From the NCBI GenBank assembly GCA_025757685.1, contig CP107220.1, positions 830,124-894,123 of the forward strand: 64,000 nucleotides of DNA, given 5' to 3'. The translations under genes were made by a program, and so were the position numbers. Numbering within the stretch: the stretch's first letter is position 1; every line of letters begins with the position of its first letter. Below, piece after piece: positions 34,764 to 45,362 of this stretch. The notes under the pieces are model-generated. The model was not told where the DNA came from and searched no databases. It was given only the letters and a program-made list of their open reading frames with translations. The stretch comes from Oscillospiraceae bacterium (GTDB taxonomy: Bacteria > Bacillota > Clostridia > Oscillospirales > Acutalibacteraceae).

Positions 34764-35373
34764 ACAAACTGGTCAGCCCTGCATTACATAAGGCGGCCAA
34801 CGCCACGAAAGCGGCGGAAATCAGATATTTTTTTAAATAATCCCGCACCTGAATTTCAGCGGGGGACTCCCCTGTTGCATCGTCTCGCTTGACGGACAGG
34901 TGAAAGATGGACTTGGACATATCGGTGCTGATTTTAATGGTGAGCATGACCACCGTCAGCAAAATAGAGGCCGCCGGAATCACCATCAGCACGCAAAACA
35001 GCACACCTTTCAGGCGAAAAGTCATATAATAGTAGCACACCTGCATACCAAAAGCAAAGCCGCAAGTCATGGGCACAAAATGAATTAGCGGAAAGCCGAT
35101 CATACAAAAGCCCAAAAAGACCGTTACCAAAAATATACTGAAATACAAACAAAAATCATTGAGAAACAGCTGTAAAAAGCGGTTCTCCCCTACTCTCAGC
35201 AGTGCGTTGACTGTGTCGGAGCGAATTTGACGGTACAGTACGCTGCCCAACGCTAACCCGCAGGTGTAAAATACCAGGGAATAGATGTAAGTTCTATGGG
35301 TCTCCCAGCGAAATGCGCGCAGCTCATCCGAAAACGCCGCCGCCAGGTCCCGCTTCTCCCGAGGCTCGCTCAT
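34741..35373 (-). CDS. spoIIM: Stage II sporulation protein M
   Basis: 210 aa with about 5 TM segments and the typical SpoIIM layout. The start was moved to the ATG at 35373, which overlaps the upstream stop (ATGA). Confidence 0.65.
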   Translation of the reverse strand: MSEPREKRDLAAAFSDELRAFRWETHRTYIYSLVFYTCGLALGSVLYRQIRSDTVNALLRVGENRFLQLFLNDFCLYFSIFLVTVFLGFCMIGFPLIHFVPMTCGFAFGMQVCYYYMTFRLKGVLFCVLMVIPAASILLTVVMLTIKISTDMSKSIFHLSVKRDDATGESPAEIQVRDYLKKYLISAAFVALAALCNAGLTSLFSSVISI

Positions 35374-35756
35374 AAGTGCACCCGCTTGTTGCTGACAACT
35401 GCCAGCGCAGCGCACACCGGCATACCCAGCAGGCGCAGTACCAATAAACCAGCGCCGGAAGGTGCCATACAGTAGTGTATCACCATTAGGACCATTGCAG
35501 GCACAATGGCAGCCAATGCCAATGGCAAGCGGCTGTTTTTCACCCCGCGAAGCGCCCATTTTGCAATGAGAAAGGCACAGAGAAAGTCGATCGCCGCACA
35601 GATATACGCGATCAGCTTAAAGTCCAGATCCAGTTTGTACACCACCAGTGCCCCTAAAGCGCAGCAAACACCAAAGCAGCACACGGTGGCCGCCGTAACA
35701 CGAAGCAGATAAAGCAGCAATACGGTTTTTGTTTTGCCTACCTGAATTTTTGGCAT
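35370..35756 (-). CDS. Hypothetical multi-TM membrane protein
   Basis: A GAGGGTGA RBS precedes the ATG at 35756. It has four hydrophobic helices and is translationally coupled to spoIIM. Confidence 0.5.
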   Translation of the reverse strand: MPKIQVGKTKTVLLLYLLRVTAATVCCFGVCCALGALVVYKLDLDFKLIAYICAAIDFLCAFLIAKWALRGVKNSRLPLALAAIVPAMVLMVIHYCMAPSGAGLLVLRLLGMPVCAALAVVSNKRVHL

Positions 35757-35846
35757 ACCATCACCCTCGCTATACCGTATGCGCCGCAAGTAAGGAATAG
35801 AACGAAAAAAGGACTGCTCTTTGAGCAGTCCTTTTTATAAGTGTGC

Positions 35847-36299
35847 TTATTTCTCGATTTTTTCCTCTGCCTCTTTGGCGGTGTCGGATTTCTCAGTCAA
35901 AGCATCGTCCTTATTCTTTTTGTTCTTCTTATTCTTGGCAGCTTCTCTGGCAGCTTCCACTTCCTTCTGGTGCTGCTCGGCTTTGGTCTTGTTGGTATTC
36001 ACAGCCCAGCGCTGGATCCGCATTTTGTTGCGATCAGCACCGGTCTCAATGATCAGATCCTCCTCGCGAATGGTGACCACTTTACCCACAATACCGCCGA
36101 TGGTGATGATCTCATCGCCAATCTCCAAAGAAGAACGCATCTCCTGCTCTTCCTTCTGGCGCTTTTTCTGGGGACGGATCATGGTAAAGTACATCAGTAC
36201 CACCATCACCAGCATCAAGATGATAAAGCTGTACTGGCTGGCGCCGCCCTTACCGGAAGCGCTGGCGCCGGCTGCGGCCTGTAACAAAATAAAGTTCAT
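35847..36299 (-). CDS. yajC: Preprotein translocase subunit YajC with a Lys/Glu-rich C-terminal extension
   Basis: TM helix followed by MIRPQKKRQKE and GDEIITIGGIVGKVV motifs. Confidence 0.8.
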   Translation of the reverse strand: MNFILLQAAAGASASGKGGASQYSFIILMLVMVVLMYFTMIRPQKKRQKEEQEMRSSLEIGDEIITIGGIVGKVVTIREEDLIIETGADRNKMRIQRWAVNTNKTKAEQHQKEVEAAREAAKNKKNKKNKDDALTEKSDTAKEAEEKIEK

Positions 36300-36364
36300 T
36301 TTAATTCCTCCTGAACATAGTACGACTATTATATTAAAATTTTAACCGAATTGCAAGTCCTTTT

Positions 36365-37501
36365 CTATATTCTGGTATCCAATTTCACACAATATTCAGA
36401 TTTGTACTGTGCAAAGCTGCCGTTATCCAACGCTTGTCTGATTTCTACCATTAAATTGTTGTAGAAATACAAATTGTGCATCACTGCCAGGCGCATACCA
36501 AGCATCTCCCCTGCCTTGAGCAGATGGCGAATGTAACCCCGACTGTACCGGCGGCACACCGGGCAATCGCACTTGGGATCAATCGGCTTGTCGTCCCGGG
36601 CATACTTGGCGTTGTTCAAATTGATAATGCCGTCCTTGGTAAACAGATGACCGTGGCGGGCGTTGCGGGAGGGCATAACGCAGTCAAACAGGTCTACGCC
36701 GCGGCTGACGCCCTCTAAAATATTACCGGGCGTGCCGACGCCCATTAAATACCGGGGTTTGTCCGCCGGCATATACGGCTCTACGGCGCTGATAATGCGG
36801 TACATATCCTCGGCCGGCTCCCCTACTGCCAGACCGCCGATGGCGTAGCCGTCGCAGTCCAGTTTAGCGATCTCCTGCATGTGCCATACCCGCAGATCGT
36901 CGTAAGTGCAGCCTTGGTTGATCCCAAACAGCAGCTGGTCTTTGTTAATGGTGCCCGGCAAGGCATTCAATCGCTCCATCTCTGCCTTGCAGCGCTCCAG
37001 CCAGCGCAGCGTGCGCGCGCAGGACTGCTTTGCGTAGTTGTAAGTGGCCGGGTTTTCCACGCACTCGTCAAAAGCCATGGCGATCGTAGATGCCAGATGG
37101 GACTGGATCTGCATGCTCTCCTCCGGACCCATAAAGATCTTCTTGCCGTTTACATGGGAATGGAAGGTGACGCCCTCTTCTTTAATCTGGTTCAACTTAG
37201 CCAGACTAAATACTTGGAACCCGCCGCTGTCTGTTAAAATCGGCCGCTTCCAGTCTGTAAAGTGGTGCAGACCGCCCATGTCCGCCACCAGATCGTCCCC
37301 GGGGCGCACATGCAGATGATAGGTGTTACACAGCATGACCTGACAACCGATATGCTCCAGATCCTCGGTGGACAAACCGCCTTTAATGGCCGCAGCGGTA
37401 GCTACATTCATAAACGCCGGCGTCTGTACCGTGCCGTGCACCGTTTCAAAGGTGCCGCGGCGGGCGTTGCCTTCTTTTTTTAATAAGGTATATTTTGCCA
37501 T
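36365..37501 (-). CDS. tgt: Queuine tRNA-ribosyltransferase
   Basis: 378 aa with TDSGGFQVFSL, GLAVGE and the zinc motif CDCPVC...H. Confidence 0.9.
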   Translation of the reverse strand: MAKYTLLKKEGNARRGTFETVHGTVQTPAFMNVATAAAIKGGLSTEDLEHIGCQVMLCNTYHLHVRPGDDLVADMGGLHHFTDWKRPILTDSGGFQVFSLAKLNQIKEEGVTFHSHVNGKKIFMGPEESMQIQSHLASTIAMAFDECVENPATYNYAKQSCARTLRWLERCKAEMERLNALPGTINKDQLLFGINQGCTYDDLRVWHMQEIAKLDCDGYAIGGLAVGEPAEDMYRIISAVEPYMPADKPRYLMGVGTPGNILEGVSRGVDLFDCVMPSRNARHGHLFTKDGIINLNNAKYARDDKPIDPKCDCPVCRRYSRGYIRHLLKAGEMLGMRLAVMHNLYFYNNLMVEIRQALDNGSFAQYKSEYCVKLDTRI

Positions 37502-37513
37502 ACTTTCTCTCCG

Positions 37514-38539
37514 TCAGCAGATAAACATTGCGTCGCCAAAGGAGAAGAAGCGGTACTTCTCCGCCACGGCGGTATTGTAAGCGTGCATAATGTGGTCAAA
37601 TCCGGCAAAAGCACTAACCAGCATGATCAGCGTGCTCTCCGGCAGGTGGAAGTTGGTGATCAGTGCATCCATGCACTTGAATTCATACCCGGGATAAATA
37701 AAAATGCTGGTGTTATCGTCATCCTCGCAAATACAGCCGTTCTTGGTTGCCACAGACTCAATGGTGCGGCAGGAGGTGGTACCAACAGCAATCACCCGAC
37801 CGCCGTTTGCCTTGGTACGGTTGATCAGCTCCGCCGTCTCTGCCGGCATGTGGTAGTGCTCCGTGTGCATTTTGTGCTTGGTTACATCTTCCACCTTAAC
37901 CGGACGGAAGGTGCCCAGCCCAACATGCAATGTTACATAGCCGATATTGACGCCCATGGCCTGAATATCCTTTAGCATTTGTGGGGTAAAGTGCAGTCCG
38001 GCGGTAGGCGCCGCAGCGGAACCTAACTCCCGGCTGTACACCGTTTGATAACGCTCCTTATCTTGGAGCTTTTCCTTAATATACGGCGGCAGAGGCATTT
38101 GACCGATCTGGTCCAGCACCGCATAAATATTCCCCTGGCAGTCGAATTGCACCAGCCGGTTGCCGTCCTCTTGTATCTCAATGACCGTGCCGTAGAGTTT
38201 GCCCTCGCCGAAGTTAAAGCGGGTACCCACCTTGGCGCGCTTGCCCGGCTTGCACAGACACTCCCACACATTATTTTCCTTTTGAGTCAGCAGCAGAAAT
38301 TCAACAACCGCACCGGTCTCTTCCTTAACGCCGTAGATACGGGCGGGAATGACCCGGGTATCGTTGAGAATCAGGCAGTCACCGGGGCGCAGATATTCCG
38401 GCAAATCCTTAAAGATCCGATGCTCCAGTTCGCCGCTGTCCTTGTGCAAGATCATCAGGCGCGAGCTGTTTCGCGGCTCCACCGGGGTCTGCGCGATCAA
38501 TTCCTGGGGCAAATCGTAATAAAAATCAGAAGTTTTCAT
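37514..38539 (-). CDS. queA: S-adenosylmethionine:tRNA ribosyltransferase-isomerase
   Basis: [14 protein letters not shown] and [10 protein letters not shown] motifs. A GGAGA RBS precedes the ATG at 38539. Confidence 0.9.
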   Translation of the reverse strand: MKTSDFYYDLPQELIAQTPVEPRNSSRLMILHKDSGELEHRIFKDLPEYLRPGDCLILNDTRVIPARIYGVKEETGAVVEFLLLTQKENNVWECLCKPGKRAKVGTRFNFGEGKLYGTVIEIQEDGNRLVQFDCQGNIYAVLDQIGQMPLPPYIKEKLQDKERYQTVYSRELGSAAAPTAGLHFTPQMLKDIQAMGVNIGYVTLHVGLGTFRPVKVEDVTKHKMHTEHYHMPAETAELINRTKANGGRVIAVGTTSCRTIESVATKNGCICEDDDNTSIFIYPGYEFKCMDALITNFHLPESTLIMLVSAFAGFDHIMHAYNTAVAEKYRFFSFGDAMFIC

Positions 38540-38686
38540 AATTATCTCCGCAAAAGTATTTGACATATATATATAGTAAGTGATATTATATCTAAAAGCA
38601 AGCGGTATTTACCCACCGCAGGCGCTGTAAGATATTATATTGCAAAATGCTGCGTTTTACAAGGCATTTTTTTAAGGAGAGTCACA

Positions 38687-39775
38687 ATGAACAAAAAGTA
38701 CAAAGTCGGTATCGTCGGCGCAACCGGTATGGTCGGTCAGCGCTTCGCCCTGCTGCTGGAGAATCACCCCTGGTTTGAGGTGGTGTGCCTGGCAGCCTCT
38801 GCACGCTCTGCTGGTAAGCCTTACAAAGAGGCGCTGGGCAGCAGATGGTGCATGGATAAACCCATTCCCGCCAACATGGCAGACCTGCCGGTGTATGACG
38901 CCCAGGCAGATATAGAAAAGATCACCTCTATGGTAGACTTTGTGTTCTGCGCCGTGGATATGAAAAAGGATGAGATTCGCGCGCTGGAGGAACAGTATGC
39001 CAAGCACGAGTGCCCGGTGGTATCTAACAACTCTGCCAACCGGTTCACTCCGGATGTGCCCATGGTGGTGCCGGAGCTGAATCCCCAGCATATTGACATT
39101 ATTCCCGCCCAGCGTAAACGTTTGGGCACCAAGCGCGGCTTTATCGCCGTAAAGTCCAACTGTTCTTTGCAGAGCTATGTGCCCGCCATCTTCCCCCTGC
39201 ACCAGAAGTACGGCATTAAACGGGTGCTGGTGTGCACCTACCAGGCCATAAGCGGTGCAGGCAAGACCTTTGAGCGCTGGCCGGAGATGATCGACAATGT
39301 GATTCCTTACATCGGCGGTGAGGAAGAAAAGAGCGAGAAAGAGCCGCTGAAGCTGATGGGCCACATTGTGGGCGACCAGATCGTGTCTGCAGATGCACCG
39401 GCCTTTACTGCGCAGTGCATTCGCGTGCCGGTGACCAACGGTCACCTGGGCGCCGTATTTATGGACTTTGAAGGTGAGAAACCCTCTGAGGAAGAGATTA
39501 TTGAGGTGTGGAAGAACTACGCCGGTCGTGCCCAGGAGCTGGAGCTGCCCAGCGCGCCCAAACAGTTCCTGCACTACTTTACCGAGCCGGATCGCCCGCA
39601 GATTCACAGCGAGCGTGAGCTGGAGCACGGTATGGCCGTGTCCATCGGCCGTCTGCGCCCGGATACACAGTATGATTACAAGTTTGTATGTCTGTCCCAC
39701 AACACTCTGCGCGGCGCTGCCGGCGGCGCAGTGCTGCTGGCAGAATTGCTGGCAGCCGAGGGTTATATGGACTGA
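38687..39775 (+). CDS. asd: Aspartate-semialdehyde dehydrogenase
   Basis: VGIVGATGMVGQ Rossmann motif and the active-site segment SNCSLQS. Confidence 0.9.
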   Translation: MNKKYKVGIVGATGMVGQRFALLLENHPWFEVVCLAASARSAGKPYKEALGSRWCMDKPIPANMADLPVYDAQADIEKITSMVDFVFCAVDMKKDEIRALEEQYAKHECPVVSNNSANRFTPDVPMVVPELNPQHIDIIPAQRKRLGTKRGFIAVKSNCSLQSYVPAIFPLHQKYGIKRVLVCTYQAISGAGKTFERWPEMIDNVIPYIGGEEEKSEKEPLKLMGHIVGDQIVSADAPAFTAQCIRVPVTNGHLGAVFMDFEGEKPSEEEIIEVWKNYAGRAQELELPSAPKQFLHYFTEPDRPQIHSERELEHGMAVSIGRLRPDTQYDYKFVCLSHNTLRGAAGGAVLLAELLAAEGYMD

Positions 39776-39802
39776 TAACACAGCGAAAAGGAGATTTTTG
39801 AT

Positions 39803-40696
39803 ATGAAGAAGGATCCTATCTTTACAGGCGCAGCCGTTGCCATTATTACCCCTATGCATGAGGACGGCAGCGTAAATTATGACGAGTTTGCCCGGTTTGT
39901 GGACTGGCAGATTGACAACGGTACAGACGCCATCGTAATCTGCGGCACCACCGGCGAAAGCTCTACCCTGGATGTTGATGAGCACCTGGAGTGCATCAAG
40001 TGGTGCATCGAGTATGTGAACGGTCGTGTGCCGGTGATCGCCGGTACAGGCTCCAACTCCACCGCCAGCGCCATTGAAATGAGCAAGGAAGCCTGCGAAT
40101 ACGGCGCAGACGCTCTGCTTTTGGTGACCCCCTACTACAACAAGACCAGCCAGGCCGGTCTGATCGCCCACTATACTGCGATTCACGATGCAACGGATAA
40201 GCCCATTGTGCTTTATAATGTGCCGTCCCGCACCGGGTTGAACCTGCTGCCGGAGACGGCGCTGGAGCTGTCCAAGCTGCCCCGCATTAACGGCATTAAA
40301 GAAGCATCCGGCAACCTGGATCAGGTAGCTAAAGTACACGAGCTGTGCGGTGACGCACTGAACATTTGGAGCGGCAACGACGACCAGATTGTAGACATTC
40401 TGGAGCGCGGCGGTAAAGGTGTAATCAGCGTACTGTCTAATGTATGCCCCCAGGAAACCCACGACATTGTGGCTAAGTACCTGGACGGCGATGTGGACGG
40501 CTCCAAGGCACTGATGGATCACTATTTTGAGCTGGCAAAGACCCTGTTCTGCGATGTGAATCCCATTCCGGTTAAGGACGCTGTGAACCGCATCGGTTAC
40601 GCAGCCGGTCCCTGCCGTATGCCGCTGGTACCCTTGAGCGAGGCCAATCAGCAGAAGATGCAGGCAACACTGGAAAAGTACGGCCTGATCAAATAA
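39803..40696 (+). CDS. dapA: 4-hydroxy-tetrahydrodipicolinate synthase
   Basis: GTTGESSTL and YNVPSRTG motifs, with the Schiff-base Lys context GIKEASG. Confidence 0.9.
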   Translation: MKKDPIFTGAAVAIITPMHEDGSVNYDEFARFVDWQIDNGTDAIVICGTTGESSTLDVDEHLECIKWCIEYVNGRVPVIAGTGSNSTASAIEMSKEACEYGADALLLVTPYYNKTSQAGLIAHYTAIHDATDKPIVLYNVPSRTGLNLLPETALELSKLPRINGIKEASGNLDQVAKVHELCGDALNIWSGNDDQIVDILERGGKGVISVLSNVCPQETHDIVAKYLDGDVDGSKALMDHYFELAKTLFCDVNPIPVKDAVNRIGYAAGPCRMPLVPLSEANQQKMQATLEKYGLIK

Positions 40697-40718
40697 AAAG
40701 CACAGGAAGTTCAAAGCT

Positions 40719-41468
40719 ATGACGAGAATAATTATTACCGGCGCCAACGGCAAAATGGGTCATGTGATCCGCAGCGTTGTAGCCGGTCGGGAGGACTGCA
40801 CGGTAGTAGCCGGTGTGGATTTTAACACCCAGGCGGCCGACTTCCCTATCTATAAAACGATTGCAGAGGTGCAGGAAGAAGCGGATGTGATTATCGACTT
40901 CTCCAACCCTGCCCTCTTAGACGATCTGCTGACCTATTCCGCCGCCAAGTCTATGCCCTTGGTAATCGCCACCACCGGCTACACGGCGGAGCAAAAGGCC
41001 AAGATTGAAGCCGCAGCTGAAAAGAGCCCCATCTTCTTCACTTATAATATGAGTATGGGCATTAACCTGCTGGCGACCTTAGCACAGAAAGCGGTCAATG
41101 TACTGGGACCGGATTTTGACATTGAAATTGTGGAAAAGCACCATAATCAGAAGATCGACGCGCCCAGCGGCACAGCATTGATGCTGGCAGACGCCATGTG
41201 CAAGGAGATCGATCACCCCATGAAGTACGAATATGACCGGCACGCCAAGCGCGAAAAGCGCACCCGGGACGAGATCGGCATTCATGCTGTACGAGGCGGC
41301 ACCATTGTAGGCGAACATGAGATCATCTTTGCCGGCAGGGACGAGATCATTACTTTGTCTCACTCTGCACGAAGCAAAGAGATCTTTGCCGTAGGCGCTG
41401 TGAATGCTGCCGTCTTTATGTGCGGAAAAGACGCCGGGCTGTATGACATGAGCCAAATGATTCACTAA
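40719..41468 (+). CDS. dapB: 4-hydroxy-tetrahydrodipicolinate reductase
   Basis: ITGANGKMG N-terminus and the EKHHNQKIDAPSGTA motif. Confidence 0.9.
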   Translation: MTRIIITGANGKMGHVIRSVVAGREDCTVVAGVDFNTQAADFPIYKTIAEVQEEADVIIDFSNPALLDDLLTYSAAKSMPLVIATTGYTAEQKAKIEAAAEKSPIFFTYNMSMGINLLATLAQKAVNVLGPDFDIEIVEKHHNQKIDAPSGTALMLADAMCKEIDHPMKYEYDRHAKREKRTRDEIGIHAVRGGTIVGEHEIIFAGRDEIITLSHSARSKEIFAVGAVNAAVFMCGKDAGLYDMSQMIH

Positions 41469-41475
41469 TTCTTGT

Positions 41476-41508
41476 CCCTATTCTGCGGAATAGGGACTTA
41501 TTCTTTTT
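41476..41508 (+). terminator. Intrinsic terminator after dapB
   Basis: CCCTATTC-tgcg-GAATAGGG followed by a T-rich tract. Confidence 0.6.
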
Positions 41509-41518
41509 GGAGGACGGT

Positions 41519-42706
41519 ATGAACCAGACAGAACAGGTCTTTCTCTCTCTGCTGCGGGATTATGTTTGCGGACAAAAATTAAAAGCCCTTCCCACCGTAG
41601 ACTGGCAGGCACTGTATAACTTGGCGCAAAGTCATAATGTGACCGGTCTTGTGGGTCGTATCTTGGCAGATCTTCCTACCGATCATCGCCCTCCAAAAGC
41701 CCTTGCAGTGGCCTTTCGCCAAGGGATGGGTCAAACCCTAATGGCTTACGAAAAGCGTATGGCGGCCGTGCAGGTGATGGAGCAAACACTAACGGACGCC
41801 CACATCCCCTACTTAACGGTGAAAGGCGCCTGCACTGCGGCAGCCTACCCGGATCCCTCCTTGCGCACCTGCGGCGATACGGATATTGTGCTGACGCCAG
41901 AGCACCAGCGAGAAGCGGTACAGACTTTGGAACAGCGTGGCTTTGCCAAAAAAGTGACCCACGACGATGTGGTGATGCTCACCCTGCATGGATTTGAATT
42001 TGAACTGCACACACGGTTGGAAAGCATTAACGACGGCTCTCGCGCCCTGCTGGCAAACCCTTTTGCACCGGAAGTGGCATACAATAAATCCAAAAATATC
42101 TGGGTGCTGCAACCGGTATATGCCGTTTATTACACCATGCTGCACCTGCTGCACCACATCAAAACCGGCGGTGCCGGCGTGCGTATGCTGCTGGACACAG
42201 ACTTGCTCCTTCGCAAGGATCCGACACTTGCACCACAGGTACTGGAATTGGCCGAGCGCAGCGGACTGGAGCGGTCCTTTGGCTGTATCCTTGCCCTGTG
42301 TAAGCAGTGGCTGGATACGCCCCTTCCCTGTTCGGTGCCGGCATTGGATACGGACACGGTAGAGAAGTTCGCTGCCGTGATTTTAGGCGGCGGCGTGTTC
42401 GGTCACGGCAACGGCAACACCGGTGCTGTATTCCTGGCCCGGCAAAAGGCCGCAGATGGCAGCAAAACACCCTTTACCCGTTTGGTCGCATTGTTTCGCT
42501 ACTGCTTCCCAAAAGCGGATTATATGGCCTACCAGTTCCCTTATTTGATCCGGCAGCCCTGTCTGCTTCCCTTTGCATACCTACACCGATTTTGTCGCGG
42601 ACTGTTTCGCAATCGGACCCACTCCGCGGCGGCATTGCAAGCCATTGCCGGCAAAAATCAAGGTGCTGCTCTGCTGCACCAGGTGTGGGCGGAGCTGGAT
42701 TTATAA
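41519..42706 (+). CDS. Uncharacterised nucleotidyltransferase-family protein
   Basis: A GGAGGA RBS precedes the ATG at 41519. It has the GDTDIVL motif typical of the NTP_transf_5-like family. Confidence 0.5.
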   Translation: MNQTEQVFLSLLRDYVCGQKLKALPTVDWQALYNLAQSHNVTGLVGRILADLPTDHRPPKALAVAFRQGMGQTLMAYEKRMAAVQVMEQTLTDAHIPYLTVKGACTAAAYPDPSLRTCGDTDIVLTPEHQREAVQTLEQRGFAKKVTHDDVVMLTLHGFEFELHTRLESINDGSRALLANPFAPEVAYNKSKNIWVLQPVYAVYYTMLHLLHHIKTGGAGVRMLLDTDLLLRKDPTLAPQVLELAERSGLERSFGCILALCKQWLDTPLPCSVPALDTDTVEKFAAVILGGGVFGHGNGNTGAVFLARQKAADGSKTPFTRLVALFRYCFPKADYMAYQFPYLIRQPCLLPFAYLHRFCRGLFRNRTHSAAALQAIAGKNQGAALLHQVWAELDL

Positions 42707-42802
42707 TGTTACTATTTGTATAGCATTGTTAGACAGTTCGTATATAATGCCTATTTACATCTCTTCCGAAAGTTGGTAAGCTTTTTGAAGAGGTGTATTT
42801 TT

Positions 42803-43501
42803 ATGTCGAACGAACAAAATGAAAACAAAAAAGAAAGACGAACCTTTGCCCCCGGTCTGTGCTTTAGCAAACTGGTATGGGTATTTTTGATCTCCTGTGT
42901 GGTAGGCTTTTTAGTAGAGACCTTGTGGTGCTACATACGCCACGGCTATATTGAAAGCCGACAGTCTTTGGTGTACGGTCCCCTTTCTGTGGCCTATGGT
43001 ATGGGTGCAGTGGTACTTACCATGGCGCTGTATAAATTCCGAAATTCTCCGTGGTGGAAGATCTTTCTGGTGTCTTTTGTGGTAGGCACGGTTACGGAAT
43101 ATATCTGTTCTCTGGGGCAAGAGCTGGTGTTCGGGTCCGTTGCCTGGGATTACAGCAATGTACCGCTGAATATCAATGGTCGAGTGTGCCTACTGTACTC
43201 CGTCTTTTGGGGCATACTGGGTATTGCGTGGATCAAGCTGATCTACCCGCCTATGGCTAAGCTGATTGGTAAACTGCCTATAAAACTTGGAAAAGTGCTC
43301 ACTTGGGCATTTATCATCTTTTTTATTTTTGATGCCATTCTGTCCGCCTCCGCTGCGCTGCGTATGGACCAAAGAGACAAAGGTGCAGCGCCTCGTAATG
43401 CCTTTGAATGCTATCTGGACGAACACTTTGACGATGCGCGCATGCACAGGATTTATGCAAACTCCGTCAGTACCGACCCACAAAAGCAAGAAAATAAGTA
43501 A
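42803..43501 (+). CDS. Multi-TM membrane protein (CmpB/DUF1113-like)
   Basis: A GAAGAGGTG RBS precedes the ATG at 42803. It has about 5 TM helices and a YSVFWGILG motif. Confidence 0.45.
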   Translation: MSNEQNENKKERRTFAPGLCFSKLVWVFLISCVVGFLVETLWCYIRHGYIESRQSLVYGPLSVAYGMGAVVLTMALYKFRNSPWWKIFLVSFVVGTVTEYICSLGQELVFGSVAWDYSNVPLNINGRVCLLYSVFWGILGIAWIKLIYPPMAKLIGKLPIKLGKVLTWAFIIFFIFDAILSASAALRMDQRDKGAAPRNAFECYLDEHFDDARMHRIYANSVSTDPQKQENK

Positions 43502-43556
43502 GCCGATCGGCGCAAAAAAGCCACTGTCTGTTACAGACAGTGGCTTCTTGATCGTT

Positions 43557-44990
43557 TTATAGGCGCTCCAAGTTGGAAGAGTCGAACAGCTCCTGGCTCA
43601 TGGGAAATGTGTCTTTGACGATTACGCGCAGTTGCACACGCTGGTCCTTCATACCGGAGATGGTCACATGCTGCACATCAACATTCACCTTCATATTGTA
43701 AGTTGCCTTGGTGATCTTGCCGCTGGAGGTGTTAATGGTTATGGTGCCGGTGCCGCCGGTGTAATTCATATGCAAGTTCTTTTTGGCATTACCGGTGGTC
43801 CATTTGCCGCCATTTTGCTTGAGCATTTGGTCAAAGGTGTCATACATGGGGCCAAGGGTGCTGAAGAACCGGCCCTGGGCATCTGCACCGGGAGAACTCA
43901 TTTGCACCGATTTGGGCTTGATAGTCAGGGTGACGGTGCCGTTTTTATTGTCCTTAATGCTTAGGCTGGCGACATCCGTGTCTCTCAGACGGGAGGTAAT
44001 CAGAGACTTGCCGTTCAGGTCCGTATCTGCTGACTTATTAACAGAAGTGCTGGGCGGCAGCCCGGTACCGACTTTGGTGTCGCTGATCATGGAGTCCAAA
44101 TAACTGTCCATAAACTTATTGCGGCTGCCGTTAATGTACACATTGTCTGCGCCAAGAGTCTTAACGCCCAGCAGTTTGTAGTAGGTAAGGATTTCGTCCG
44201 TTTCTTTATTCTGATACTTGGCGGTCTCTTTCTTTGTGGCATTATATGCCTTAACGTAGTACCGTACTGCGTCCGCGGTGGTGTTCAGCTGCACACCGGC
44301 GTATTTGCCTTTCTTAAACGGATCCTTGGCGGTGGTAACCGTCTTGGCGGGGCTGTACGCACCGGAATAAGACTTCTTACCCTGATTCACATAAGCCTGC
44401 ACCCGCACATAATACTTTTTGCCGGCTTTCAGGCCGGTGATGGTGGCAGAGGTGGCGTTGCCGTTGGTGACCTTCAGCGCTTTGGTCACCTTTTTGTCAA
44501 ATTTAGAAGAGGTGCTGTACTGCACCCGGTATCCGGAAACAGAAGGCGCCTTACTCCATTTGACAGTAAATCCCAAACGCTCAGCAGAAACAGACTTAAA
44601 GTTCACTTTCGCCACCTTGGTGGTAACGGATTTGGCGCTGCTCCAACTGCTGTACTTTTTCTTTTTACCGCTGGTTTTATAGGTGCGCACACGCACATAA
44701 TACTTGGTTTTACTTTTCAGACCGCTGACCGTCTTGGCCGTAGTCTTATCTTTCTTGGCCGTAGCGGTTTTGCTGGTTTTGGAAGTGAATTTGGAGGAGG
44801 TGCTGTACTGCACCTGGTATCCGGTCACGCCGCTGACCTTCTTCCACTTGACGGTAAAGGCAGCTGCACCGGCGCTGACGGAGGACACCGTGGGCTTTTT
44901 GGGCGCTGCAGCAAAGGCGGTGGTAGGCACGGCAAAGCAGCTAAGCAGCATTAGCAATGCCAGGCATACGGACAAAGTCTTTTTCATCAT
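43557..44990 (-). CDS. Secreted protein with two Fn3-like repeats and an unknown C-terminal domain
   Basis: Signal peptide ending AFA, then two repeats with W.K..GV.GY.VQYSTSSKF...YYVRV. Confidence 0.6.
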   Translation of the reverse strand: MMKKTLSVCLALLMLLSCFAVPTTAFAAAPKKPTVSSVSAGAAAFTVKWKKVSGVTGYQVQYSTSSKFTSKTSKTATAKKDKTTAKTVSGLKSKTKYYVRVRTYKTSGKKKKYSSWSSAKSVTTKVAKVNFKSVSAERLGFTVKWSKAPSVSGYRVQYSTSSKFDKKVTKALKVTNGNATSATITGLKAGKKYYVRVQAYVNQGKKSYSGAYSPAKTVTTAKDPFKKGKYAGVQLNTTADAVRYYVKAYNATKKETAKYQNKETDEILTYYKLLGVKTLGADNVYINGSRNKFMDSYLDSMISDTKVGTGLPPSTSVNKSADTDLNGKSLITSRLRDTDVASLSIKDNKNGTVTLTIKPKSVQMSSPGADAQGRFFSTLGPMYDTFDQMLKQNGGKWTTGNAKKNLHMNYTGGTGTITINTSSGKITKATYNMKVNVDVQHVTISGMKDQRVQLRVIVKDTFPMSQELFDSSNLERL

Positions 44991-45362
44991 TTCTCTCCTT
45001 CTAAAATCATTAAAAAGTGTGTGAACTTAAAACTTTATTATAGCATAAGACTTTGCCTCTTGCAATAGACAGGGCGAACATTCTATCTAAAAGCAAAAAA
45101 GAGACTCCTGCGAGTCTCCTTTTTTATTTCTATTATACACAGTTAAGAAGCCGTTGGTATGCCAGTTAATCAACTGACTGCTGCGTCGAGCAAATGAACT
45201 TAAATCATATACTCAATGGTGTTCTCCGGAGTGAGCATGGTCTCCGTATTATATAGCACCACCGCTTCCCTACTCTCCTGCTCTGCAAAGGCATACAAGG
45301 TCTGCGCCTCTCCGTTGAGCATAGACTGGGGCAAAATGCGATTATACGCAAAGGGCTCTTCA

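Noticed and set aside
35821-36345. Plus-strand ORFs of 147-174 aa opposite yajC.
   Set aside because: They are antisense to yajC and its Lys/Glu-rich tail, and their products are low-complexity Ser/Leu/Phe-rich. I treat them as artefacts.
38672-40753. 693-aa ORF on the minus strand spanning asd and dapA.
   Set aside because: It is antisense to two genes with unmistakable Asd and DapA motifs. Its composition is Gly/Ala/Val/His/Gln-rich with no motif, and it has no RBS. This is a typical shadow ORF in GC-rich DNA.
45200-45322. 40-codon minus-strand ORF (MLNGEAQTLYAFAEQESREAVVLYNTETMLTPENTIEYMI) in the 240-nt gap between the M20 peptidase stop and the terminator near 45100-45125. The overlapping tracked ORF is 45205-45411.
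   Set aside because: Neither has a recognisable RBS, and the tracked ORF is Arg/Cys-rich and overlaps the peptidase gene. The 40-aa frame looks protein-like, but I cannot support it without conservation data.
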